Origin: a virus
Lineage: Duplodnaviria; Caudoviricetes
Strand: one strand, 5' to 3'
DNA: 54,331 bases
IMG/VR virus record: IMGVR_UViG_3300032048_000004
Location: 1-54,331 of that record
Below are positions 17,836 to 27,590 of the stretch, piece after piece. The position numbers were made by a program, and so were the translations under genes. The notes under the pieces were generated by a model. That model saw only the letters and a program-made list of their open reading frames with translations. It did not search any database and had not been told where the DNA came from. Every line of letters begins with the position of its first letter. Positions within the stretch are counted from its first letter, which is position 1.

Positions 17836-19024
17836 TGTTAATCTCCTTCATGTCACCAAAGTTTTTTCCTGCACGAACATTCACTTTATACTTACCTAAT
17901 TTGGTATTTGCGAATATCCGCACAATCTCTGGAAGCTTCTTACAGTCTTCCTCGGTCATGTCAAGCACAACATTATCGTGAATACAAAAGCTAACGTGAG
18001 AGTCTTTGCCCTCAAGAAAGTTGTTCACTTCGATCATCTGGCTCAATAGCAGATCGCTTGTTGTGCTTTGAATAATATAGTTCAGGGCGTGATCTCCATC
18101 TGCCTTGATTGTTCTGTCGAATGGTGTGGTGATCTCTTGTCCGTTCCAATATTCACTGAGAACGTCTGATCGACTGTATGCTCTGCCCGATAAGTAATCT
18201 TTGGAGGCTGGATTGTATAGCCAAGCAAAGATTCTCTTCTTTGCATCGTCCCTTGTTCCTTTGCCCTCGAATACGTTCTTGCGGTTCCACTCATGCAGAT
18301 CCTCTTCAGGCTGTTTCTTTCCAGAGAGCGCAAGAAGGGTTCTAAGTTCTGCTGCGTTGAAGTCAAGCTCAACGAACCAATCATTTTTAGGTCTAATCAC
18401 CTTGCGAAAGTCCTTATCCATTGTGAGGATGGGAAAACTACTCTTAGTTGTGGTTAATCGTCCAGTACGAGTACCATATATATTATACCTGATGCTTCTT
18501 GGCGTGTTAAGGAGTTTTTTCCAGAAGTTCCGTATTTTTGTTACTTGTAGCTCACTTTTGAATACATCAGGATCCAATTGTAGCTGCTGTGTGGAAATAT
18601 CCTCCACCATAAAGGATAAATCCCTCAAAAAATTATAATTTTGGGGTTTTTCGTAGGTTTCAAGAACGTGTTCGCATATCTGGTTCTTCAGATCACAATA
18701 CTCAAGCAGGAATTTGGGTGGAACGAGATCGTAGAAGCAGTGTTCATTAAAGGAAACGCCAGCTTCAACAAACGATCTTATGAAGGCTTTCATCTTCCCC
18801 TCAATACGCTCCCAATCGGCCATGAGAGGCTCTGGGCAGGCTTCTGAGAGGCTTTTGCCGCCACAATAGAGTTGGGCATACTCGATATCATTTTTTATTG
18901 ATTTGATTCCAGGACAGTATCCCCAAGTTGCCGTAAGTCCGCTTGGGATCTCATCAAATACGAGTTTTCCATCGTAATAGATGCCTATGCAGTGTATTTT
19001 GTCATCCAGAGACTGGAAGAGCAT
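17819..19024 (-). CDS. minimal family-A DNA polymerase-like protein
   Basis: TRTGRLT, motif A LDFNAAELR, motif B RDDAKKRIFAWLY, ALNYIIQST and motif C IHDN; only 401 aa. Confidence 0.8.
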   Translation of the reverse strand: MLFQSLDDKIHCIGIYYDGKLVFDEIPSGLTATWGYCPGIKSIKNDIEYAQLYCGGKSLSEACPEPLMADWERIEGKMKAFIRSFVEAGVSFNEHCFYDLVPPKFLLEYCDLKNQICEHVLETYEKPQNYNFLRDLSFMVEDISTQQLQLDPDVFKSELQVTKIRNFWKKLLNTPRSIRYNIYGTRTGRLTTTKSSFPILTMDKDFRKVIRPKNDWFVELDFNAAELRTLLALSGKKQPEEDLHEWNRKNVFEGKGTRDDAKKRIFAWLYNPASKDYLSGRAYSRSDVLSEYWNGQEITTPFDRTIKADGDHALNYIIQSTTSDLLLSQMIEVNNFLEGKDSHVSFCIHDNVVLDMTEEDCKKLPEIVRIFANTKLGKYKVNVRAGKNFGDMKEINNASLQ

Positions 19025-19033
19025 TGTCTTGCC

Positions 19034-20293
19034 TTAGAAGTTAAACGTGCCTTTGACGCCTTTATTAATGTTACTTATTATAATAGCATCTATTTCTTTA
19101 TCCGTCAAGGTTTTTTCTACAGAATACTGCTTTTTTGGATAATCTTTGATATTTTTATATAAATTCTTCATTCCGGTGTTGCGACCTCTGTATTTTGCAT
19201 ATTCAGAAGACTCTTTGACCACTCTATCAAATTTAACCTGATTCCACTTTTGTCTCGTTTCTACGGCTCTCGCATATGCATATATCCTCAACCACTTCGA
19301 ATCTGAGATTTTTGCAAAAGCTTGTTGTTCAGTCAAAACCTCTCTCTGGATAAGCGATGATGTTGCTTGCCCTTTGCATTTTGGTATAACCACTTGCAAC
19401 ATTGGCCTTGAAGCGACATATTGATTATACCATCCCCAAGCGTAGTGTTTAAAGATATCCATATCATGCTCATAGCTTTTAAGAAATAGAAGATCAAAGG
19501 CCATCTTCTTGTTATCGGCTATTCTAATCATATACGTCTTCATTGCTGGTGAGTCAAAATCTGCCACAAATCTCCATGGTGCGTTCTTGTCAACTTTAAA
19601 ACCATGCTTCTTGGCAGCAATAACAATATAGTCAAAATTAATATCTTCAAAGAATGGAACCTTTTTTGAATCTTCGGCTTGCGATTCTTTGGAAGTCTCA
19701 ATCACAAGTCCGCTAATCTGTGGGGGGCAGCGATTCGAGGTGATGTATGCTTCTCTCGTTATTGGAAACAAATGTCCCATCTGTTGAATGAACTCTGCAT
19801 AGACTTTTAAGAATCCATTGAAGTCTTTCATCTTTTCATCTCGCTCCTGATTCATAAACGGACCAGAGAACATTTTGTACATTGTAGAGTTGTATTCGTG
19901 AAACACATTGTGTAAGCTAATCCAACCACGGGCAGGGATGAGCGACGAATATGGGGAGGCAGATATTGCGCCGAGCTTAATAGATTCATCTATAAAGTCC
20001 TTAAAGCCACTCCAAGCATCAGCAACAAAGTTTAAAGCAAGAACGGTGTTTGGTCCGCCCAGTTGTTTCAAAGAAGCTTCGAGTGGGTATGCTGGCAAAT
20101 TGTCTGCATCGACTCTTCCATAAAACATATCTTCATACCAAAAGTCAATCGGTTTAGATCTTCTCTCTGTGTCTTCTGGATAGATGAAAGATTTGTATAG
20201 ATCTCTCCAATAAAAGGATGAGGATGATCCTGAATTATTATTGCCCTCTGGATTATCCAGATGTTCTATGTCTCTGAGTTCTTTAATAATCAT
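19034..20293 (-). CDS. hypothetical protein
   Basis: 419-aa ORF in operon orientation; no motif recognised. Confidence 0.7.
   Translation of the reverse strand: MIIKELRDIEHLDNPEGNNNSGSSSSFYWRDLYKSFIYPEDTERRSKPIDFWYEDMFYGRVDADNLPAYPLEASLKQLGGPNTVLALNFVADAWSGFKDFIDESIKLGAISASPYSSLIPARGWISLHNVFHEYNSTMYKMFSGPFMNQERDEKMKDFNGFLKVYAEFIQQMGHLFPITREAYITSNRCPPQISGLVIETSKESQAEDSKKVPFFEDINFDYIVIAAKKHGFKVDKNAPWRFVADFDSPAMKTYMIRIADNKKMAFDLLFLKSYEHDMDIFKHYAWGWYNQYVASRPMLQVVIPKCKGQATSSLIQREVLTEQQAFAKISDSKWLRIYAYARAVETRQKWNQVKFDRVVKESSEYAKYRGRNTGMKNLYKNIKDYPKKQYSVEKTLTDKEIDAIIISNINKGVKGTFNF
19080..19108 (-). promoter_or_regulatory. sigma70-like promoter upstream of the PolA-like gene
   Basis: TTGACG-17 bp-TATTAT with extended TG. 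Confidence 0.55.
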
Positions 20294-20304
20294 AGTTTAT
20301 TACC

Positions 20305-23300
20305 TTACCTGATGTTTTTATTTCCAGATCTTCCCGTGATTGTTGCGCCAATGACGCCATCATTTGTCTCCTCGCATCGTTTGCGGAGGGGATCACCGGC
20401 CCAAGTTCCCACCTTAGAGCAGTCTTTGGACTTGGGATTGCTGGAGGCTGCTGGCGGCGAGGTTGCTGTTGTTCCAGAGTCTCCTGGCAACACAAGATTG
20501 ATTGGATCTTTAACACAGGGTTCCTTATCTCCAGTTGACACCCAAGTACATTTTAATGATGTTTCGAACATTCCAACGGACACGGTTGATTCTACATCCA
20601 AGATCATATAGTATCCGCCCAATCCTATATCTCTTGCTATTTTTCCACCAGACATGCTTGTGGCGTCGATGAAAATCAGACTTCCTGGCTTCCACAGTGT
20701 GTTGCCAATCATAGATATACTCGCATCATAAAGCTCTCGTATTGCGCCTGTGTCGGTGGGGTTATCAACAATACGCATTGCTGTAATCTGCGGTGAATCA
20801 ACTTTTGAAAACTGAATTGTTTTGACAAGACCTCTATCCTGCCCAAGTCGAAAATGATATATACCTCTAGCTTCGTCGATGACCTTGCGTCCAATCGCCA
20901 TTTTCTGCATCTTCGTCAAGTCAACAGACGATGTTATATTCGTTGCAAATAAAAATAAATATTGAGCCAACTTCTTTTCTGGGGTTGTCCTTGTCATTTC
21001 AGCAACTTCTTCCTGTGTTTTACCAACAAATGGTCTTGTTGCTATAATTGATGCTGTCTTATTAAATTCGTCAGCAGTTTTAGTTCCCGTGAGCGCACAA
21101 GTGCCGTCCTTGAGTAGAGGAAGTCGAAAGGGGGTCATTGACATTGTAGGTGTTTTTGATTGGCCTTGGACGAAAGCATCGTCAGTATAACAATCTTTTG
21201 ATATTGACGGTAAAAATAAACTATTCATTATCGAGTTTAGAAAAGATTTTAAATTCCACGAGTCAAGCTCCTTCTCAACACAGTTTCTATAAAACCACAT
21301 TTGAAATAAGTTCATAGATATTGGAATATCTGCAATATTCACCCTTTGAGCATATCCAGTTCGTGGATCATCGAATTGAATTTCACCCACCATATGTCTG
21401 GTTTCTAAGTTCCTCTCTTTCTGGTTGTCTGAAAGCACAGAGAGGGCAGCATCAAGGATCTGACCAAGGTATATAAAGTTGATTTTTGTCACATAGGGGT
21501 TGAATTTTTCCACTGGTTGTGTTGAAAGCTCCTTGTTGTTGCTTTCACCGTTGCCAGTAAACCAGTCCATCGTTGCAGAAAATTGACTCTTGCCCGTGGT
21601 GTTGCTATCAACCGAAGAATTATTATTCGAAACTTTTTTGGCATCAGACTGATCCGCCAGCTTTTTGGCATCTGTAACGGCTCCTGGTTCAGCTTTATCA
21701 ACACTGGCTTTATGATTATCAGTTTTATTATGAGCATCTCTGTTAGCTGCCGCCCCTTTTGCTGATTGCTGTTGCCAGCCACCAAACATAGATTTTTTCC
21801 ACAGACCAAGCATCTCTGAAGGTATCGTTGTTGAAAATACTTTGTCTTCATGATATATCTTTTCTAGCAATTTGGAGTATATACCTGATTTTAAATCTTG
21901 GATCTTCTTAGCTTTCTCATCAGCCAACTCTTTTATGGCTTTGTCTGCCGCATCGTCAACAGCGGCATCCCTTGATTCACTATTGCCTTTTGTTGCACAA
22001 TTGTTATATCCACCTTTCGATACAAGATCTTTTTCCAAGCATCTCTTCTCTTCTTTTAGTCTTTCCAGCGTTGTTGTATCGCCAATTTTTAAAACATCAG
22101 ACATTCCAGAGGCGAAGAATGCATCAATGGATGCCTGATAGTGTATAACAACTTCTATGGAACCATCTTGTTGAAAATTAATTTCATGCTTTATCATAGA
22201 AAGAAAAAACTCATAAGTATTTGACTGAATTTCTTTTCGAAGTCGATGGTCATCAGAACAATTCCAGCCAACTCGGGCTTTAATCCTGAAATACTTTTCA
22301 TTAAAAGATCTCGTAGAGCCTCCTTCGCAGAGGGCATTGTTTTTATATTTTGCTTGCTGATGGAATAAGTCTAAGTATCTAACGCCCATGTCTTCTATCC
22401 GACTCTCAAGGGACTCTTGTTGTTTTTTATTTATACCCTTTATTCTCGGCACTGGAAGAGTTTTGTCTAACACTTCGATACTTTGAAAGAAGAGGGTCAT
22501 TCTTGCCGAAACAAGTCTTTCCGACTCGAACTGGTTGGTTCCGCTAAGGTTCCACCAAAAATCTTTAATACCAGCTTCTTCACCCCTGAAGACTTTATTT
22601 TGCGTTATCCCATCAATCGCACCTTTATCCATGAAGTTGCCAAAATGTATTGGAACCTCCAGACCTTCATCTTTTTCACTCTGATAATAAACCTTTGATA
22701 ATTTAATTGAGGGAATTGCATTTGATATCTCGTGTGGTTTTGCTCTGAGCAGTTCTGAACATCCCAGAGGGGTGGATACATGTGTTAAAAAAGTCTGTGC
22801 ATCCCCATCTTTGACTTTTACAAAATTGTTATAAGCCATTGCCTTTCCATGATTTGTATAAAATCTCCACTGATCCATTAAATAACATTGTTCTTGAAAT
22901 CTTCGAGCATCGGCTGCTTGCTCCGCTGTTGATGTATCTTTATATTCTGGTTCATAAGTTCTATCAAAGAAGACAGCCTCTTCAGGGGGTATTTCAATAC
23001 CTGCTCGTTCCATGGCCTCGATCCAAGTAAGACCTTCCAAATTATCAAGTCCAGGAAGATCTGTTGTTGATCTTAAAGAACCATACTTTCCAGAATCCTC
23101 TATGAATCCTTCGACTTCTTCTCTAGTGAGTCCAAGTTTGGCGGCTAGTTCGTCATTATATTTACCACGGATGGCCATCCGCTTGTTCTTGTGAGACTCC
23201 AACATCCTCAAGGCGTTCTTGCGCCGCTGATCTTGGGATCCTCCGCCACTGAGAGAGTTGTGCGATTCCATCAAATCGCCAAAAGTGGCTCGCTCTTCGG

Positions 23301-23352
23301 TGGTCATGTTTGCCCACTCCGCTGCGGAGATACCGTATTGTGGATCTGACAT
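20305..23352 (-). CDS. large baseplate hub / tail-associated protein (putative)
   Basis: Position after tape measure and LysM genes; C-terminal ASISMIGN..WKPG..IFID...GGYY.I..V.S.......FET is hub-like. Confidence 0.55.
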   Translation of the reverse strand: MSDPQYGISAAEWANMTTEERATFGDLMESHNSLSGGGSQDQRRKNALRMLESHKNKRMAIRGKYNDELAAKLGLTREEVEGFIEDSGKYGSLRSTTDLPGLDNLEGLTWIEAMERAGIEIPPEEAVFFDRTYEPEYKDTSTAEQAADARRFQEQCYLMDQWRFYTNHGKAMAYNNFVKVKDGDAQTFLTHVSTPLGCSELLRAKPHEISNAIPSIKLSKVYYQSEKDEGLEVPIHFGNFMDKGAIDGITQNKVFRGEEAGIKDFWWNLSGTNQFESERLVSARMTLFFQSIEVLDKTLPVPRIKGINKKQQESLESRIEDMGVRYLDLFHQQAKYKNNALCEGGSTRSFNEKYFRIKARVGWNCSDDHRLRKEIQSNTYEFFLSMIKHEINFQQDGSIEVVIHYQASIDAFFASGMSDVLKIGDTTTLERLKEEKRCLEKDLVSKGGYNNCATKGNSESRDAAVDDAADKAIKELADEKAKKIQDLKSGIYSKLLEKIYHEDKVFSTTIPSEMLGLWKKSMFGGWQQQSAKGAAANRDAHNKTDNHKASVDKAEPGAVTDAKKLADQSDAKKVSNNNSSVDSNTTGKSQFSATMDWFTGNGESNNKELSTQPVEKFNPYVTKINFIYLGQILDAALSVLSDNQKERNLETRHMVGEIQFDDPRTGYAQRVNIADIPISMNLFQMWFYRNCVEKELDSWNLKSFLNSIMNSLFLPSISKDCYTDDAFVQGQSKTPTMSMTPFRLPLLKDGTCALTGTKTADEFNKTASIIATRPFVGKTQEEVAEMTRTTPEKKLAQYLFLFATNITSSVDLTKMQKMAIGRKVIDEARGIYHFRLGQDRGLVKTIQFSKVDSPQITAMRIVDNPTDTGAIRELYDASISMIGNTLWKPGSLIFIDATSMSGGKIARDIGLGGYYMILDVESTVSVGMFETSLKCTWVSTGDKEPCVKDPINLVLPGDSGTTATSPPAASSNPKSKDCSKVGTWAGDPLRKRCEETNDGVIGATITGRSGNKNIR

Positions 23353-23355
23353 GTA

Positions 23356-23691
23356 TTAAGGCTCCAAGGCTTCTAAGGCATCTTCAAGAGAGGTTGGTAT
23401 TCTAATGCGATCTCCTAGAGTGACATGGGAATCGGTTGGTAGTTTATTAAAGGTGGCAATTATCCACCAATATGTTGCATCGCCATAATACTCATGAGCT
23501 AGTTTGCTATACCTATCTCCAACTTTCCAGATGTGTGTGACAAAAGATATTCGAATGATATCGTTGGCTGTCGGGTGTTTCATCTTTGGTGTTCGATAGT
23601 GATCGATGAACTTAACGCCTCTTCTCCTCAGAAGATCTTCATATAATTCTTCTGCGTTTCTTACGACTGATTTTAATATTCTTCTTGCCAT
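23356..23691 (-). CDS. LysM-like baseplate wedge protein (gp53/X-like)
   Basis: GDRYSKLAHEYYGDATYWWIIATFN...GDRIRIP. Confidence 0.75.
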   Translation of the reverse strand: MARRILKSVVRNAEELYEDLLRRRGVKFIDHYRTPKMKHPTANDIIRISFVTHIWKVGDRYSKLAHEYYGDATYWWIIATFNKLPTDSHVTLGDRIRIPTSLEDALEALEP

Positions 23692-23697
23692 TTTATA

Positions 23698-24969
23698 TTA
23701 GTCCTCCCCAACTACCCAGTCTTTTTTCTCTTTGCTCCATCGAATCGAGCTTTTGCCTTTAAGTTCTATGTGTGAATGAAATCTTTCATCATAGCTTATA
23801 ACATGTTGAATGAGATTCTGGGCAGTTTTTAGTTCAGCCGCTGTGCCATCGAAACTCCCGTTATCAATTTGTGCTGCATATCTTCTTGCGGCGGCATGAT
23901 CAAGGGCGTTTGGTGGTCGCCCGCCTGGGGCATTGCCAATTCCCATCGATGGGGTGTCATTGGTGCGACCAAATCCTGTGCCTCTAGATCCGATTCCAAA
24001 GGTGTCGAGTGTTTGAGGCGTCCTTTGCAGCTTGCCCATAGCGTCGTCGAGGGAGGAGTTGTCCCCGCTGGCGGTCGTGGCTGTGAGGTGGCTGCCTGTG
24101 GCATCTGGAGGTCTTGCACCCAGAGCGACAACAGCATCGGCTGCTATTTCATATTCCTCGTCCCTCTTTCCCGCTGGAGTGTGTGCATGATTTTCAACAC
24201 TTGCGTCCATGGAAGCTGGTGCATAGGGCCATGCATCATCGCCAATCCAGTCGTTCTTTCCAGCTTTCCAACCTGGAGTTTCCTGATGAAGAACAGTGAA
24301 TGTACAACTCAGATCAATAACTTTAGGAAATAATATTCCAGCACCTGGATCGAAGAAGCCAGCATCAAGATTTGGTGTTAAAGAGAATCCATTTACGACA
24401 CCAAGAAGACCTCCGGTTTTGGCGGCTATTGTTCCCTTGGCGCTGATATTAACATCTTGAATGAGATTTCCAAATTTCAACTTCATCAAGGGGGGTGCTT
24501 TCAAAGTTTCGCTTTCATACGTTGGATATAACATCTTAAACAACTCAGAACAAGCAGCAAGGTTTGACATTGCTTCTTCAAAGCTCGCTGCAACAACTTG
24601 CCAGCCAATATCGATTCTTCTCTTAGTTCCTTTAAATTGTTGTATGTCATCCATTCTTCCATACACTTCAACGGATTCCCAATTTGATTCATAGTTATCT
24701 TTGAAGTCGGTGAGGTAAGCTTTAAAGGCAATGGAATTGCTCGTTGGAACGTGATAAAAGTCCAAGACATGTGATTTATAGTCAGCTTGTATATTAGACG
24801 GATCTACATAGTTGCTTTTTCGATCTCCAAACTTATCTGGATACTTTTCTATAAGTTCGTTAGCAGCCTTTTCATATTCCCTGAGTCGCTCTTGGGCGAT
24901 GTTTGCTCTGGCATCGGAAATTTTGTTTCTTCTTGCAATTTCCTTTGCCCGTTTACTTATCCATGGCAT
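23698..24969 (-). CDS. baseplate / tail tube initiator-like protein with C-terminal extension
   Basis: FKAYLTDF.D.Y...W....YGRMD, YPTY...PPLMKLKFGN pattern; follows the tape measure gene. Confidence 0.55.
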   Translation of the reverse strand: MPWISKRAKEIARRNKISDARANIAQERLREYEKAANELIEKYPDKFGDRKSNYVDPSNIQADYKSHVLDFYHVPTSNSIAFKAYLTDFKDNYESNWESVEVYGRMDDIQQFKGTKRRIDIGWQVVAASFEEAMSNLAACSELFKMLYPTYESETLKAPPLMKLKFGNLIQDVNISAKGTIAAKTGGLLGVVNGFSLTPNLDAGFFDPGAGILFPKVIDLSCTFTVLHQETPGWKAGKNDWIGDDAWPYAPASMDASVENHAHTPAGKRDEEYEIAADAVVALGARPPDATGSHLTATTASGDNSSLDDAMGKLQRTPQTLDTFGIGSRGTGFGRTNDTPSMGIGNAPGGRPPNALDHAAARRYAAQIDNGSFDGTAAELKTAQNLIQHVISYDERFHSHIELKGKSSIRWSKEKKDWVVGED

Positions 24970-24988
24970 TATTTCTTACCTCCGTTCA

Positions 24989-26944
24989 TCATGATTGCAT
25001 CTTCAGTTCCTTGTCTTTGTCGAATGCTTTCACAACCGCTGAAGCAAATGCTGTTTCACCAATTTTAAGAATAACTGTTTTCCCTTCACCACCTGCGCCT
25101 GAACTTTTGCCGCCACCAGATTGTTCGAGCTTTCTTGCTTCTTTAAGAGCTTGAATAAAGTTATCCTCAGATGGATCTTTAAAACTAAGTTCAACATAAC
25201 TCTTTGCGTGTTTAACAATATCTCCAACTGAAGCTGATGTTTCAGGTGTCACAAGAGCCATTGTAGAGAACATATCGGTCGAAGCCTCTGCGATCATTTT
25301 CATCGCATATCCAAGTGCTAAAACCGCAATCGTTATAACAGCAATACCAGCAGCTATAGCAACACCTCCCATGGCGAAACCTCCGAGGCCAGCTAATATT
25401 GCTCCGCCGCCAGACATTAATACTGAAACAAGGCCAAGTCCACCAGCTAGTGCTTTAAACCCAACCACCATCATACCAATCGCAGCGGCTGCTGCAATTC
25501 CTTTTTGTAAGAAACCTCCAAATTGATCGCTGAGTCTTAACAACCCTGAAACTGCTGAATTGAGAACATCCAATATAGGAACAACAAATACAGCAAAGGA
25601 TTGCTTAAACAAATCCCACTTCTTACTAACAGAGATTGCAGCCTCTTGTGCTTCCTTTAACTGCTCTGCCGACAAGGTTGTTTCATTCATTGCCTTTTGT
25701 CCAGCTTCAAATGCTGATAAGCCACCTTCAAAGAATTTTGCTGCTTCGCCCATGTCTCTAAAGCCTGCGGCGTTCTGGTAAGCTAGTTTTGCATTTCGAC
25801 TCATATCCTTCCACACCATTCCACTGCGAGAGAATGATTCAAGCAACAACCTATTTCTCTCATCGAGGGTAACATTCATCATTTCGTATGCATTGAGAGA
25901 ATCTCCGCCCATGAGTTGGTTAAGCTTGCCAACAGCAGATGAAGCGCCTTCGAACGTGTCAAACTGCTCACCAAAGTTAATAAGTGTACTCATCTCAACA
26001 TTAAGTTTCTTTGATGCTGCTGCAAGTTTACCAAATATTCTCGGGCCTTCTCGACCCCATGACATAAGAGATGGCAGTGCGCTCTCATAAGCAGAGGCTA
26101 ATTGATTGGGTGGGATTTCCAATTTCAGTGCTGTCGCTGTTATATCCTCAGCAACTTTGGCGGCTTCGTTTCCAGTCATTCCCAATCCCGCTGTAAGTCC
26201 GTGTAGTATGTTTCCAGAAGTCTCGCCAGCAATACCAAAAGCTTCCATGGCCGCTGTTTGAGAAGCAAGCCTCTGCTGAGTTTCTTTCGACATAGATGAA
26301 AAGTTTGACATGGTGGAGTTAAGTGCGCCGATTGCGGCAGCAGCTTCACGAATTCCCACACCAACAGCACGACTGGAGTTGTGGATATCCATGATCATGT
26401 TGTCATATTTTTTTCCCTGTCCGGTGGAAGCAGCGAGGGAAGAGCCAGCGTCATCGAGTGCAAAGACTGCGGCGATTGTTGACTCAACCACCTTTTGCAT
26501 GGTGGAACCCATGATATTTGTGAGTGTAAAGGTTTCTTTTAATCCCGCACCAAAACCCTTGAGTCCCTTTGACGATTGCATAATCGATCCAAGGATGCCA
26601 CTCTTCCAGTTATCGCTGATACCAAGAGTGCGGTTGAGGAGATCTTTTGCGCCTTCAATACCCTTCTCTTGCTCTGCGTTGGCTATTTTCCTGAGTCTTA
26701 TGTCTTCTCTTCTGGTTTTGGCTTCGGCGTCGGCGGTGGCTTGTGTCATGGTGCCATTGCGGACCAGGAGTTTATTATGGTACTCTAAAGCCTCATTCTT
26801 CGCTTCCAGAACATCCAGATCGGCATTATTTATTTCGAGCAGACCTGTGGCAGAAGCTTGTACCTCTTCAGCAATCTTTTGTCTCTCGTCTGCTTGGGCT
26901 TTTTCTCGTTCTTCTCTTCTGAGTTCTTCGGCGTCCATCGTCAT
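24989..26944 (-). CDS. tape measure protein (putative)
   Basis: Ala/Gly-rich helical protein with hydrophobic C-terminal stretches, downstream of tube and chaperone genes. Confidence 0.7.
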   Translation of the reverse strand: MTMDAEELRREEREKAQADERQKIAEEVQASATGLLEINNADLDVLEAKNEALEYHNKLLVRNGTMTQATADAEAKTRREDIRLRKIANAEQEKGIEGAKDLLNRTLGISDNWKSGILGSIMQSSKGLKGFGAGLKETFTLTNIMGSTMQKVVESTIAAVFALDDAGSSLAASTGQGKKYDNMIMDIHNSSRAVGVGIREAAAAIGALNSTMSNFSSMSKETQQRLASQTAAMEAFGIAGETSGNILHGLTAGLGMTGNEAAKVAEDITATALKLEIPPNQLASAYESALPSLMSWGREGPRIFGKLAAASKKLNVEMSTLINFGEQFDTFEGASSAVGKLNQLMGGDSLNAYEMMNVTLDERNRLLLESFSRSGMVWKDMSRNAKLAYQNAAGFRDMGEAAKFFEGGLSAFEAGQKAMNETTLSAEQLKEAQEAAISVSKKWDLFKQSFAVFVVPILDVLNSAVSGLLRLSDQFGGFLQKGIAAAAAIGMMVVGFKALAGGLGLVSVLMSGGGAILAGLGGFAMGGVAIAAGIAVITIAVLALGYAMKMIAEASTDMFSTMALVTPETSASVGDIVKHAKSYVELSFKDPSEDNFIQALKEARKLEQSGGGKSSGAGGEGKTVILKIGETAFASAVVKAFDKDKELKMQS

Positions 26945-26976
26945 CTATATTATATTCCTATTAACTGTCCTTTCTC

Positions 26977-27309
26977 TCACTTAAAGGGCCACTTCAATCT
27001 TGTTGAAGTTTCAAACTTCTTGATCATGTTTCTCAATTTAAACTTATCTTTATAAGTTCTGGGGTTGTCAAGACCATACTTTGCTGCTGTCTTGATATAC
27101 TTCTTCTCCGAACCCAAAGCTCTTGTGAAGTCTTTAACCTGTCGTGGACTGCCCTTGACACTCAAGGGAAGGGTGCTTCCACCGAACATAGAACGAAGGA
27201 TCCACTTCAGATTGGAACCAAACATTCCAAGCCAACTTTCAGTGACTTCTCCTCTCTCTGCGACAGTGAGATCGATTTCAATTGTTTGTAGTTCTTTATC
27301 CTCTTCCAT
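26977..27309 (-). CDS. hypothetical protein
   Basis: GGAG SD; preceded by the ACTACTTA motif. Confidence 0.7.
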   Translation of the reverse strand: MEEDKELQTIEIDLTVAERGEVTESWLGMFGSNLKWILRSMFGGSTLPLSVKGSPRQVKDFTRALGSEKKYIKTAAKYGLDNPRTYKDKFKLRNMIKKFETSTRLKWPFK

Positions 27310-27343
27310 TGTGGTTCTCCATTTATAAGGTTGTTCTTATCAG

Positions 27344-27351
27344 TAAGTAGT
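27344..27351 (-). promoter_or_regulatory. putative late promoter motif ACTACTTA
   Basis: Recurs upstream of structural genes. Confidence 0.55.
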
Positions 27352-27362
27352 TATATTGGAAT

Positions 27363-27391
27363 AAAAAAGAGGGCTGTGATGGCCCTCTTTT
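27363..27391 (-). terminator. rho-independent terminator
   Basis: AAAAGAGGGC-CATCACA-GCCCTCTTTTTT. Confidence 0.8.
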
Positions 27392-27395
27392 AAAC

Positions 27396-27590
27396 TTATC
27401 CCCTGTTCTTATTCTTTGATTTATCCATCGCTTCCATCTCGTCTTCGAGTTGTTTTTTAAGCCTCTGGACAAACCATGTTCTCAATCCGATTGGTAAATT
27501 ATAAGCTTCGATGAAGCTCCAACCACCATAATACTTCAAGTAAAAGAACAGTTCATAAACACTTTTTATATAATCATTGTTTAGGCCAAA
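27396..27590 (-). CDS. frameshift extension of the tail assembly chaperone (GT-like)
   Basis: 64-codon open frame (FGLNNDYIKSVYELFFYLKYYGGWSFIEAYNLPIGLRTWFVQRLKKQLEDEMEAMDKSKNKNRG) with no ATG near its 5' end, in the +1 frame from TTC-TTT-TGG of the upstream gene, ending just before a terminator. Confidence 0.7.
   Translation of the reverse strand, partial: FGLNNDYIKSVYELFFYLKYYGGWSFIEAYNLPIGLRTWFVQRLKKQLEDEMEAMDKSKNKNRG

Noticed and set aside
26310-26984. 224-aa plus-strand ORF
   Set aside because: Antisense shadow of the tape measure gene
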